Of a stretch of 47,794 nt of DNA, positions 9,113 to 18,330 are shown one piece after another. Location: the NCBI GenBank assembly GCA_016192835.1, contig JACPTJ010000107.1, positions 1 through 47,794 of the forward strand. Reading direction: 5' to 3'. The notes under the pieces were generated by a model. It was not told the DNA's origin, did no database searches, and worked only from the letters and a program-made list of their open reading frames with translations. Origin of the DNA: Betaproteobacteria bacterium (GTDB taxonomy: Bacteria > Pseudomonadota > Gammaproteobacteria > Burkholderiales > SG8-41). Each line of letters starts with the position of its first letter. The stretch's first letter is position 1. The position numbers were made by a program, and so were the translations under genes.

Positions 9113-10105
9113 ATGAAGCTCCAACTCAGCATCGCCATGACCTTGAACCCAAGCACGCGTCCCATTTTCGACGGGACCGTGAAGCCGGACGGTATAGACC
9201 TGATTCCCACCGCGTTACATCCATCGGAAATGTTCTGGCGGCAGCTGAAGTTCGCGGATTTCGACGTTTCCGAGCTGTCGTTTTCATCGCTGTCGATGGC
9301 GAAGGCGCGTGGCGATGAACGGTTCGTCGGTCTGCCCATATTCACGACGCGCCATTTCTTTCAGAACTGGATCCTGGTGCGCAAGGGCGCGCGCATCGAC
9401 GCTCCCGCGGACATGAAAGGCAAGCGCGTAGGCGTTCCCGAGTATCAGCAGACCGCCGCGGTCTGGTCGCGCGGCATACTCGAACACGACTTCGGCGTTG
9501 CGCCCAAGGACATGGAGTTCTGGATGGAGCGCGCGCCGTCGCACAGCCATGGCGGTGCAACGGGGTTCAAGCCGCCGCCTGGCGTGACCGTGCACCGCAT
9601 CCCGCCGGAGAAAAATATCGGAACGATGATGCTGTCCGGTGAGCTGGACGCGACGCTGCTTTATTTCGTCGATCCCAATCTGATCGATCGCAGCACCGCC
9701 GACCTGTGGAACCATCCTGACATCGAACCGCTGTTCCGGGACCCGATCGCGGAAGGCATGCGCTACTACCGGAAGACGGGGCTGTTCCCGATCAATCATG
9801 GGATGACAGTCAGGAAGGCAATCGTCGACCAGCATCCGTGGGTGGTGCTCAATCTGTATAAAGCGTTCGCGCGCGCCAACGACATCGCGAATCAGCAGCG
9901 GCTCGAGCACGTCGAGTATTACCTTGCCGCAGGGCTGTTGCCGCGCGAGGTTGCCGAGGCATTGCGTGCGCCGCTCGTGCAGCATGGCGTCAAAGCGAAC
10001 CGCGCCGTGCTCGAGACGGCTGCACGCTATTCGCACGAGCAGGGCCTTACGCCGCGTGTAATCCCGCTCGAAGACGTGTTCGCGCCGAGCACGATGGACC
10101 TGTGA
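9113..10105 (+). CDS. PhtD (4,5-dihydroxyphthalate decarboxylase)-like protein with a periplasmic-binding-protein (NMT1-like) fold and no signal peptide
   Basis: 330-aa ORF. 'MKLQLSIAM...DGTVKPDGIDL', 'FDVSELSFSS' and 'GKRVGVPEYQQTAAVW' match the N-terminal pattern I recall for PhtD-like decarboxylases. Confidence 0.7.
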   Translation: MKLQLSIAMTLNPSTRPIFDGTVKPDGIDLIPTALHPSEMFWRQLKFADFDVSELSFSSLSMAKARGDERFVGLPIFTTRHFFQNWILVRKGARIDAPADMKGKRVGVPEYQQTAAVWSRGILEHDFGVAPKDMEFWMERAPSHSHGGATGFKPPPGVTVHRIPPEKNIGTMMLSGELDATLLYFVDPNLIDRSTADLWNHPDIEPLFRDPIAEGMRYYRKTGLFPINHGMTVRKAIVDQHPWVVLNLYKAFARANDIANQQRLEHVEYYLAAGLLPREVAEALRAPLVQHGVKANRAVLETAARYSHEQGLTPRVIPLEDVFAPSTMDL

Positions 10106-10131
10106 CCGAACCAATCCGGGGGAGAAAGATA

Positions 10132-11097
10132 ATGCGATTGATCTCATGCGCGATCTTGTCGGCCGCTCTGATGGGCCTTGCCGCCCCTGCTTTCGCGCAG
10201 ACGTTTCCAAGCAAGCCATTGCGCTTCATCGTGCCGTTCCCTCCCGGCGGCGGCACGGATCTCGTGGCGAGGCTGATCGGGAAAAAGCTAAGTGAAAGCT
10301 GGGGATATCCAGTCGTCATCGATAATCGGCCGGGAGGCGGCAGCGTCATTGGCACGGCGACTGCGGCCCGCTCCGCACCCGACGGGCATACGTTCGTGAT
10401 CATCAACTCGAGTTACGTCATATTGCCGCTGCTCAACAAGAATCTGCCTTACGATCCTGCCACCGATCTGAAGCCCGTCATACGCCCGTCGGAGAGCCCC
10501 AACATCGTGGTGACCCGCACCTCGCTCCCGATCAATTCCATTGATGACCTGATTGCTTACGCGAGGAAGAATCCCGGGCTGCTCAACTTTGCCGAGGGCG
10601 GCTTCGGCGGGCCATCGCACCTGGCGGCCGAACTTTTCAGCTATAGGAACGAGATCAAGATGACCCGGGTGTCGTACAAGGGCACCGGACCCGCCGTCGT
10701 CGACATGCTCGGCGGACACGTCGACCTGATGTTTGCGACGATCACCGGCGTCATGCCTCACGTCAGAACGGGAAAGCTGCGGGCGCTGGCCGTGACCGGC
10801 GCCAAGCGATCGCCCGCCGTACCCGAGCTGCCGACGGTGGCCGAGACCGGTGTCAAGGGCTATGAATTCGTGAGTTGGTACGGCGTCATGGTGCCGTCGG
10901 GAACGGCGCGCCAGATTCTTGAGGAACTGCACGCGGAGCTTCGCAGGATTCTCGCTATGGAAGACGTACGCAAGCTGCTGGCTGCTGAGGGCGGCCAGGT
11001 TACAGCGAACGGGCCGGCGGATTTCGCGCGCTACATTGATTCTGAGACCAAGCTATGGGCGCGCGTCATAGCCGACTTGAAGATCAGAACGGAGTGA
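10132..11097 (+). CDS. Bug/TctC family periplasmic solute receptor
   Basis: The signal peptide 'MRLISCAILSAALMGLAAPAFA' is followed by 'QTFPSKPLRFIVPFPPGGGTD'. ATG 10132 is preceded by GGGGGAGAAAG. The ORF track begins at GTG 10102. Confidence 0.88.
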   Translation: MRLISCAILSAALMGLAAPAFAQTFPSKPLRFIVPFPPGGGTDLVARLIGKKLSESWGYPVVIDNRPGGGSVIGTATAARSAPDGHTFVIINSSYVILPLLNKNLPYDPATDLKPVIRPSESPNIVVTRTSLPINSIDDLIAYARKNPGLLNFAEGGFGGPSHLAAELFSYRNEIKMTRVSYKGTGPAVVDMLGGHVDLMFATITGVMPHVRTGKLRALAVTGAKRSPAVPELPTVAETGVKGYEFVSWYGVMVPSGTARQILEELHAELRRILAMEDVRKLLAAEGGQVTANGPADFARYIDSETKLWARVIADLKIRTE

Positions 11098-12161
11098 TGG
11101 GTATGGGCATATCGCGATACCTGCCGGGGTTGCGGGCGCTTTTTGACGGCATGGCGCGGCCGCCGCGGACACGCCCGGAAACCAACAGGGTCAGCGTCGT
11201 CAGAACGACGGGGGCAGCCGCTGCCGTGATCGCGGCCTGCATGGCGCCGCCCGCAATCGCGCAGGACTACCCGGTGCGGCCGATTCGCATGATCGTCGGG
11301 GTGCCCCCCGGCGGAACCACGGACATCCTCGGCCGTATCGTCGCCGCCAAACTCGGCGAACGGCTGGGATTTCAGATCGTGGTCGACAACCGGCCGGGCG
11401 CGAGCGGCATCATCGGCATCGGTCTGGTTGTCAAGTCGCAGCCGGATGGTTACACCCTCATGATGTCGGGCGGTTCCATCACCGCGATAGGCAGCCTGTA
11501 CTCGAATGTTCCCTTCGACGTGGCCAGGGACCTCGTGCCGGTCGCTTTCATCGCCACGACGCCATTCATCCTGGTCGTGCACCCAACGCTGCCGGTGAAT
11601 TCGATCTCTGAGCTCATCAGCTACGCCAAGTCGCGGCCGGGGGCCCTCAATTACGGGGCATCGGCGCCCGGCACGATACAGCATCTCGGTGGCGAGTTAT
11701 TGAAACGGATGACCGGCATTAGCATGGTCTACGTGCCGTACAAAGGGACCGGCGCGGTCATGCCGGATTTGCTGGGAGGAAGGTTGCAGGCGGCCATTGA
11801 GAACGTGATGACGATGGCGCCGCACATCAAGAGCGGAGCGTTGCGCGGACTGGGCGTGACCAGCGCGACGCGTTCCGCCGTGATGCCCGACTTGCCGACG
11901 ATTGCGGAGTCCGGCGTGCCCGGTTTCCAGGCGATCGGTCGTTTCGGTGTTTTCGCGGCGGCGAAGACCCCATCGCCCATCGTGCAGCGGCTGCGTACGG
12001 AGATCGACGGGTTCATGAAGGAACCTGAATTGCGGGCGCGGCTGCTCGCGCAGGGCGCCGAACCCGACACGACCCGTCCAGACGAGCTGCGCGAGGTTCT
12101 CGCCCGCGAGATCGGCACGTGGGGCAAGGTGATCCGCGAAGCGGGACTCCGGGTCGAATAG
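11097..12161 (+). CDS. Bug/TctC family periplasmic solute receptor
   Basis: 'AQDYPVRPIRMIVGVPPGGTTD', 'VDNRPGASG' and 'VPYKGTGAV'. ATG 11097 overlaps the previous stop (TGATG). The leader is long and Arg-rich. The ORF-track start is 11055. Confidence 0.85.
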   Translation: MGMGISRYLPGLRALFDGMARPPRTRPETNRVSVVRTTGAAAAVIAACMAPPAIAQDYPVRPIRMIVGVPPGGTTDILGRIVAAKLGERLGFQIVVDNRPGASGIIGIGLVVKSQPDGYTLMMSGGSITAIGSLYSNVPFDVARDLVPVAFIATTPFILVVHPTLPVNSISELISYAKSRPGALNYGASAPGTIQHLGGELLKRMTGISMVYVPYKGTGAVMPDLLGGRLQAAIENVMTMAPHIKSGALRGLGVTSATRSAVMPDLPTIAESGVPGFQAIGRFGVFAAAKTPSPIVQRLRTEIDGFMKEPELRARLLAQGAEPDTTRPDELREVLAREIGTWGKVIREAGLRVE

Positions 12162-12188
12162 CGGACGCGCCGGGACGGACAACTTTAA

Positions 12189-13262
12189 ATGAAGTTCGGC
12201 GTCACACTTTCGAATCGCGGGGTCGTGCTGGGAACGCGCACTCCCAGGGAGCTGCTGGCGCTCGCCGACAAGGTCGAAGGCAACCCGCTCTTCGATTCCG
12301 TCTGGGTGGGTGACGCCCTGTACGTGAACCGCCGCCTCGACGCGATTCCGCTGCTTGCCGCCATTGCCGGCCGTACCGACAGAATTCTGCTAGGGCCGGC
12401 TGCGATGGGTTCGTTTGCTTTGCGCAATCCGATTGTTTTTGCCTACGAATGGGCGAGCATCGACCAGATAGCAAACGGCCGAGCGCGTTTGATCGTAGCC
12501 GCGGGTGGAGGCGGCGAAGCGTTGTGGAAAGCCGAATCTACCGCGCTGGGCGTGCCCCCCGAGGAGCGGCGCAAGCGCATGTACGAGCACATCAAGATTC
12601 TCAAACATCTCTGGCACAACGACAAAGGCACGTTCAAGGGCTCGTTCTACAGCTTTGCGGACCTGGTGCTCGAACCCAAGCCGGCCAATCCGGACTGTCC
12701 CGTCTGGACGGCGACCAATGCCACTCGGCTTTCCAGCGGAGCAACTGATGCGGCTTCCAGTGGTTCCGACTACGCTTTGAAACAGTGCGGGCGGCTCGCG
12801 GACGGCTGGATGACGCACAGCGCGACGCCTCAGGCAATCCACGACTCGTGGAACAAGATCCTGTTGGTTGCCAAGGAAACTGGCCGTACGACGGACCGGT
12901 TTGACAACTGCATCTACCATCATATTCATATCGACGATGACAGGGATCGTGCATTGCACGAAGCCAAATCCTTTCTCGACCGGTACTACTCCGCGAACTA
13001 TTCCAGGGAGCGGCTGGAGAAGTGGCTGACCTACGGCTCGCCGCGGGACTGCATTGCATCGCTCAAGTCGTTTCGCGGCTGCGGCGCCCGCCGCGTCACT
13101 CTGCGGATCTCGACGGAAAAGAAGGAGTCCGCGCAATTCGACAAGCTGGTCAACGAGGTTCTTCCGTACGTGAATGAGGGGAGCCCGGGCTTCAAGGTGG
13201 ACGCCGATAGCCCTGCTGGGCAAGTCGCGGCCGCGGTAGACGCGCGTGGTGCGCGGTCATAA
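12189..13262 (+). CDS. LLM-class (luciferase-like) flavin/F420-dependent oxidoreductase
   Basis: 357-aa ORF. 'MKFGVTL', 'FDSVWVGDAL', 'RILLGPAA' and 'RARLIVAAGGG' are typical of LLM-class TIM-barrel oxidoreductases. Confidence 0.8.
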   Translation: MKFGVTLSNRGVVLGTRTPRELLALADKVEGNPLFDSVWVGDALYVNRRLDAIPLLAAIAGRTDRILLGPAAMGSFALRNPIVFAYEWASIDQIANGRARLIVAAGGGGEALWKAESTALGVPPEERRKRMYEHIKILKHLWHNDKGTFKGSFYSFADLVLEPKPANPDCPVWTATNATRLSSGATDAASSGSDYALKQCGRLADGWMTHSATPQAIHDSWNKILLVAKETGRTTDRFDNCIYHHIHIDDDRDRALHEAKSFLDRYYSANYSRERLEKWLTYGSPRDCIASLKSFRGCGARRVTLRISTEKKESAQFDKLVNEVLPYVNEGSPGFKVDADSPAGQVAAAVDARGARS

Positions 13263-13277
13263 CACACGGGGGATAAA

Positions 13278-13751
13278 ATGGAAACAGTAGGCATAGGCTT
13301 TCACTTCGAAGACATGCCGCTCGGCAGGCAATTCCGCACCATCGGCCGCACGGTGACCGAAGCCGACATCGTCAACTTCATCAATTGCACTGGCATGGTC
13401 GAAGTGTTATTTACGAATACCGAATTCCTGAAGCGCGATTCGGACATCAAGGGCAGGCTTGCTCCCGCGGCGCTGGTGTATACCTTCGCCGAGGGCCTGC
13501 TGGTGCAGGCGACCATGCAGCAAACAGGCTATGCCTTCCTCAATATGGAACTCGACGTCAAGGGCCCGGTCTTCGCGGGGGACACCATACACGTCGAATG
13601 CGAAGTGATCGAAGGGCGGTTGAGCGCCAGCAAACCCGGACGCGGACTGGTGCGGACCAGGAACCGTGTCGTGAAACAGGACGGGCAGGTGGTTGTCGTC
13701 TACACACCGCTGCGCATGATGAAATGCCGCGACAAGCAGGCCACTGCCTGA
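13278..13751 (+). CDS. MaoC-like (R-specific enoyl-CoA) hydratase/dehydratase, hot-dog fold
   Basis: 157-aa ORF with 'FEDMPLGRQFRTIGRTVTEADIVNF' and 'GDTIHVECEVIE...GLVRTRNRVVKQDGQVV'. Confidence 0.85.
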   Translation: METVGIGFHFEDMPLGRQFRTIGRTVTEADIVNFINCTGMVEVLFTNTEFLKRDSDIKGRLAPAALVYTFAEGLLVQATMQQTGYAFLNMELDVKGPVFAGDTIHVECEVIEGRLSASKPGRGLVRTRNRVVKQDGQVVVVYTPLRMMKCRDKQATA

Positions 13752-13773
13752 AGCAGGCGCCTGGCACAACACC

Positions 13774-14970
13774 ATGAGCGGTCCCCTGCGTGGAATTCGG
13801 GTCATCGACCTCACGATCAATATCCTCGGCCCGGTAGCCACGCAGATACTCGGGGATATGGGCGCGGATGTGATCAAGGTCGAGGCGCCGGAAGGCGACG
13901 CCATGCGGCACTCGGGACTCGCGAAGAACCCCGGGATGGCATCGTTGTTCATGAACACGAACCGCAACAAGCGCAGCGTGGTTCTCGACCTGAAGCGGCC
14001 GGCCGGGCTGGAAGCGCTATTGCGCCTCGTCGAAACTGCCGACGTGTTCGTGCACAGTCTGCGTCCGCAAAGCGCGGAACGCCTCAACATCTCATACCGG
14101 GAACTCGTTGCACGCAAGCCGCGCATCGTTTATGCGTGCGCCCCCGGCTACCGTCCCGACGGACCCAACTTCAATCGCCCGGCTTTCGACGATGTAATCC
14201 AGGGCGAGAGCGGCATCGCGGACATGATGGGCCGCAATGCGGAAGACCCGCGCTACATCCCCATGGTCATGGCCGACAAGCTGTGCGGTCATGTGCTCGC
14301 CTCCGCCGTCGGCATGGCGTTGTTCGATCGCGAACGCAGCGGCCTCGGACAGGAAGTGGTCGTTCCAATGCTGGAGACGATGCTGTCCTTCAATCTCGTC
14401 GAACATCTCTGGACCAATTTTTTCGAAACCGGCACAAAAAAAGACCTGGGCTACGCGCGCATGTTTTCTCCGCACCGGCGGCCCTACGCGACCCGCGACG
14501 GGCATATCTGCCTGCTCGCCGTGAACGACGATCAATGGCGGCGCCTTCTCGGCGTGATCGGACGCCAGGAATTGGCGCGCGACGAACGTTTTGCGGCATT
14601 GGCAGAGCGGACCCGCAATATCAACCAGCTCTATGCCATTCTCGCCGAAGAGATCAAGGGCAAGACGACTGCCGAGTGGCAAAGACTGCTCGACGCAGCA
14701 GATATTCCGAACGGTGCCGTCGTCGAGCTCGGAAGCCTGGCCGAGCATCCCTATCTGAAAGCGACGGACTTCTTTCATTGGTACGAGCATCCGTCCGAGG
14801 GGGCGATGGTCACTACCGCGATTCCCGTTCAGTTCGGGCGCACCCCGGGGAGCATACGGCTTCCTCCTCCACGCCTGGGCGAGCACACGCAGGCGGTGCT
14901 GCACGAGATTGGCTACAGCGATAGTGACATCGAGGACATGACCGGCGCGCACAGCGTGGCCGCGCCCTGA
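13774..14970 (+). CDS. Family III CoA-transferase (CaiB/BaiF type)
   Basis: 398-aa ORF. 'LRGIRVIDLTINILGPVATQILGDMGADVIKVEAPEGD' is the canonical family III N-terminus. Confidence 0.9.
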   Translation: MSGPLRGIRVIDLTINILGPVATQILGDMGADVIKVEAPEGDAMRHSGLAKNPGMASLFMNTNRNKRSVVLDLKRPAGLEALLRLVETADVFVHSLRPQSAERLNISYRELVARKPRIVYACAPGYRPDGPNFNRPAFDDVIQGESGIADMMGRNAEDPRYIPMVMADKLCGHVLASAVGMALFDRERSGLGQEVVVPMLETMLSFNLVEHLWTNFFETGTKKDLGYARMFSPHRRPYATRDGHICLLAVNDDQWRRLLGVIGRQELARDERFAALAERTRNINQLYAILAEEIKGKTTAEWQRLLDAADIPNGAVVELGSLAEHPYLKATDFFHWYEHPSEGAMVTTAIPVQFGRTPGSIRLPPPRLGEHTQAVLHEIGYSDSDIEDMTGAHSVAAP

Positions 14971-15120
14971 CCCGCATCGAACTCGGCAGCCGGCTGGTGC
15001 GAACTTGCCAATATCCAAATACCTCAGATAAACTGATCAACGAAGTACGCCCGTACGTAGATCGAGGTGATTCGAGCTTCCGCCCGCACGCGTGATGTTG
15101 GTTCAGACAAAGAGAAGATT

Positions 15121-16101
15121 ATGAGTGGCTGGCAAATGAAAGGCTTCCTGCAATTTGGCGCAGCACTGTTGAGCTGTGGGTTTTTTACGCACGCGATGGC
15201 GCAGAACTATCCGTCCAAACCGGTGCGCATACTCGTGGGATTTGCGGCCGGCGGCGGAACCGATACCGCGGCACGCATGGTCGCTCAAAAGCTTTTCGAG
15301 AGCCTCGGCCAACCCGTCGTGGTGGAGAACCGGTCCGGCTCCGGCGGGATCATCGCGACTGAAGCCGTTGCCAAGGCCGCTCCCGATGGACACACGCTCC
15401 TCATGATGGCTGCGGCCGACAGCATCCAGCCTGCCATGCGGCTCAAGATGCCGTACGAGCTACCGAAAGACTTTTCGCCGATATCGCTCGTGGTCACTGG
15501 CGCCTTTGTGCTGGTGATCCACCCCTCGGTGCCGGCGCGCAACGTGAAAGAGCTGATCGCGATTGCACGCAACCGCCCGGGCCAGCTTAACTATGCGACG
15601 TCGGGCATCGGCAGTTCCGCCCATCTCGCGGCGGAGCTCATGAACTCCCTCGCAAAGATCAAGACCATCCATGTGCCGTATAAAGGTGTGTCACAAGGCG
15701 TAGTCGGCGTCGCTTCAGGCGAAGCCGACATGATTTTCGCGAGCGTCACGGCGGCACAGCCGCTCATCGATTCAGGCCGGCTGCGTCCCATTGCGATGAG
15801 CACTGCGAAGCGCTCGGCGCTCATGCCGAACATGCCGACGTTGCACGAGTCGGGCGTGCCCGGCTACGACAGGACAGGGTGGTATGGAATGATGGGTCCC
15901 GCCGGTTTGCCCAGGGATGTTCTGACGAAACTGAACGCATCCATCGTAAAGGCAGTGAATACGCCGGAAATGAAAGCGGCTTTTTTCAAACAGGGCTTGG
16001 AAGCCGAGACCAATACGCCGGAACAGTTCACGGAGATGATCCGGCGGGAAGTGGAGCAGAACATCAAATTGGCACGGGCCGCAGGCATCAAGCCCCAATA
16101 G
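15121..16101 (+). CDS. Bug/TctC family periplasmic solute receptor
   Basis: 'AQNYPSKPVRILVGFAAGGGTD', 'VENRSGSGG', 'YATSGIGSSAHL' and 'VPYKGVSQG'. ATG 15121 is preceded by AAAGAGAAG. The ORF-track start is 15067. Confidence 0.88.
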   Translation: MSGWQMKGFLQFGAALLSCGFFTHAMAQNYPSKPVRILVGFAAGGGTDTAARMVAQKLFESLGQPVVVENRSGSGGIIATEAVAKAAPDGHTLLMMAAADSIQPAMRLKMPYELPKDFSPISLVVTGAFVLVIHPSVPARNVKELIAIARNRPGQLNYATSGIGSSAHLAAELMNSLAKIKTIHVPYKGVSQGVVGVASGEADMIFASVTAAQPLIDSGRLRPIAMSTAKRSALMPNMPTLHESGVPGYDRTGWYGMMGPAGLPRDVLTKLNASIVKAVNTPEMKAAFFKQGLEAETNTPEQFTEMIRREVEQNIKLARAAGIKPQ

Positions 16102-16237
16102 GCGGAGCCATGCAGCACCGGAGCGGAGATAAATTGGACGCAATAGTCCACGCAATGCTGCCGTACGCCGGTGCCGCACGGGCTGCGCCATGCGAGCAAC
16201 CAAGCACCGAGTTCGCTGCCCGTGACAAAGCCGCCAG

Positions 16238-16476
16238 CCTGCCGCTCAGCTACCACCCGGTTCCCGACATCGCCTGAGCGCAGGGCGCGTTTGACTCGGC
16301 TCGCCCGGGGACTGCATAATTTGCCGCAACGTCCGTTGCGAAGTGCCCTGGCAGTGCAGATCGGGCGGGGGACACGCGCGGGTAGCCCCGATTACGCGAC
16401 ATCGGGCGCACCGAGCACCGATCCGGCATTACTGCACCGTTGCATTGGCGCAGGACGCCGGCGACGGGGGTATTGA
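16238..16476 (+). repeat. Solo copy of a ~240-bp IS-end-like repeat (copy 1); copy 2 is at 35085..35694 and a 52-nt inverted terminal copy is at 32115..32166
   Basis: Hand alignment with 35469..35686 gives about nine substitutions over ~220 nt. A central block (GGGGACTGCATAATTTGCCGCAACG...CATTACTGCACCGT) is identical. No credible ORF. Confidence 0.85.
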
Positions 16477-16562
16477 AAAACCGTATTTTGTACTATGTTG
16501 GTATTGCGCGACCATCTGTCTTTTGCGGCCGTCGTCTGGCAATCTGTTTCCTTTGGTAAGAA

Positions 16563-16590
16563 ACGGGGCCGCTCTTTCGGGCGACCCCGT
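16563..16590 (-). terminator. Candidate intrinsic terminator for the minus-strand ABC operon
   Basis: On the minus strand: ACGGGGTCGC-CCGAAAGA-GCGGCCCCGT (10-bp stem with one G-U pair, 8-nt loop), followed by TTCTTACC. It lies 31 nt downstream of the stop at 16621. Confidence 0.4.
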
Positions 16591-16620
16591 CCTTACTCTA
16601 AGCAAAGCAATGATAGTTCG

Positions 16621-18231
16621 TCATTTCCCAATGTAGATCTGCGTCAGATCCTGATACCAGCTTTTGGCCTGCTTAAATCCCTTGACCTCCGGTCGGTACG
16701 CGCGCGGGTTAACGTCGTGCACCACCCACAGCCAATAAGCCTGATTGACGACGTATTCGTGAATCTCTCGCAGGATCTTGTCCTGTTCTGCCTGGACCAA
16801 GGTCGCATTTACCTTGTCGATCAGGGCCTCAATCTTCTCATCGCAAACGCCGGACCAATTAAGTCCAGCCGGGGGCAACCGCTTGCAGCCGAAGAATCGT
16901 TCAAATGCGGTATAGGGATCGTAGGTCCCAAAGCTGTTATTGAGCGCATGAATGTTCCTCGCGCTGGAGTCTAGCGGCCCCTTGCTCCGCTGCGCGCGGA
17001 GTGCCTGCCATTCTGTGACGATGAACTCGAGTCGCACGCCGACCTTGGCCAACTGTTGCTGGACGAGTTCGTTCATCGGCAGCGGCTGCATCTGTCCCGA
17101 ACCCGACGGCGAAATCATGAAGGTCAGATTAAGTGGTTTGTCGGGACCGTATCCCGCTTCCTTGAGCAGCTTCTTTGCTTCTTCGGGATCATAGCGGATC
17201 TTGAAGCTCGGATTGCCGAACCAGGGGCTGACCGGCAGCACGTGGCCCTTTGCTGGCGCTGCTAAACCGCCAAGCAGTTCGACGATTGCATCGCGGTTAA
17301 TTGCAAGGTTGAGCGCACGACGCACACGGACATCCTTAAGTGGCGTATTCTCGCCGGCCTGGCGGAGTACGTACGGCCAAACATGTGGATAAGGGTTCGT
17401 CTTAACGACGATATTCGAGGACTTTAGACGGGCGATTGCATCCGGCGGCGGTGCCTCGATGAAATTGGCTTGGCCCGAAAGAATTGCTGCGACACGCGAG
17501 CTCGCCTCCGGCATTGGCCGCAGAATCACCTTGTCGAGCTTGGGCTTCCGTTTCTCATCCCAATATTTCTCGTTGCGCACGAGCACTGCCCGCTCGCGCG
17601 GAACAATCTCCTCAACCTTGAAGGGGCCCGTACCCGACGGCTTTTTCGCAAAGGCTTCCCATCCGCCGACCTTCTTCCAATGCGCCGGGCTGGAGATGTG
17701 CATGTAGATAACCTGGTGGAGCATCTGGGCGTTGGGCCCATCGTCACCGATCGCCACCTTGTAATCGTCAATCTTGCGCCAGGTCTTGATCCCGGGCATA
17801 CGCCAGATGACCGCCCGACGCTGCTGCAGGTCGTATTGCGGCGCGCCCTCCTTTATTAGCTTCTCGATGTTCCAGATCACTGCGTCGGCATTGAAGTTTG
17901 AGCCGTCATGGAACTTCACGCCCCTGCGGAGCTCGAAGATCCACTCCTTGTTGTTTTCCGGGTTCGGATAGTATTTCTCGGCCAACTGCGGAACGATATC
18001 CGGGATCGTGTCCTCCTGATTCAGATCCCAATAGACCAGCGAATCGTAGATAGTAAAGCCCATCCAGCGAATACCCTCAGCACCCTGATCGGGCGCGCCT
18101 TTTGACGACGGAATGTCTGCGGCCGACATGCCGAGGGTTAACGTACCGGCTGCAATTGCAGCCGGTACACCCCAAAAGGTCGTCGCGGCTATAATGGCGG
18201 CTCGTGCCAGTAACCCTCTCGTTCCTTTCAT
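16621..18231 (-). CDS. ABC transporter substrate-binding protein, family 5 (DppA/OppA peptide/nickel type)
   Basis: AGGAGGAAAGAGATA precedes ATG 18231. The signal peptide is 'MKGTRGLLARAAIIAATTFWGVPAAIAA'. Size and motifs ('FHDGSNFNADAV', 'KYWD') fit SBP family 5. The ORF-track start is 18294. Confidence 0.88.
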   Translation of the reverse strand: MKGTRGLLARAAIIAATTFWGVPAAIAAGTLTLGMSAADIPSSKGAPDQGAEGIRWMGFTIYDSLVYWDLNQEDTIPDIVPQLAEKYYPNPENNKEWIFELRRGVKFHDGSNFNADAVIWNIEKLIKEGAPQYDLQQRRAVIWRMPGIKTWRKIDDYKVAIGDDGPNAQMLHQVIYMHISSPAHWKKVGGWEAFAKKPSGTGPFKVEEIVPRERAVLVRNEKYWDEKRKPKLDKVILRPMPEASSRVAAILSGQANFIEAPPPDAIARLKSSNIVVKTNPYPHVWPYVLRQAGENTPLKDVRVRRALNLAINRDAIVELLGGLAAPAKGHVLPVSPWFGNPSFKIRYDPEEAKKLLKEAGYGPDKPLNLTFMISPSGSGQMQPLPMNELVQQQLAKVGVRLEFIVTEWQALRAQRSKGPLDSSARNIHALNNSFGTYDPYTAFERFFGCKRLPPAGLNWSGVCDEKIEALIDKVNATLVQAEQDKILREIHEYVVNQAYWLWVVHDVNPRAYRPEVKGFKQAKSWYQDLTQIYIGK

Positions 18232-18330
18232 TATCTCTTTCCTCCTATGTTCGGTTGATCCCGGCATGAGGTAAGGCCAAGCGCCCCATGACATGCTCGT
18301 CTACTGCGGAAAACGCGATACTGCGATGGT

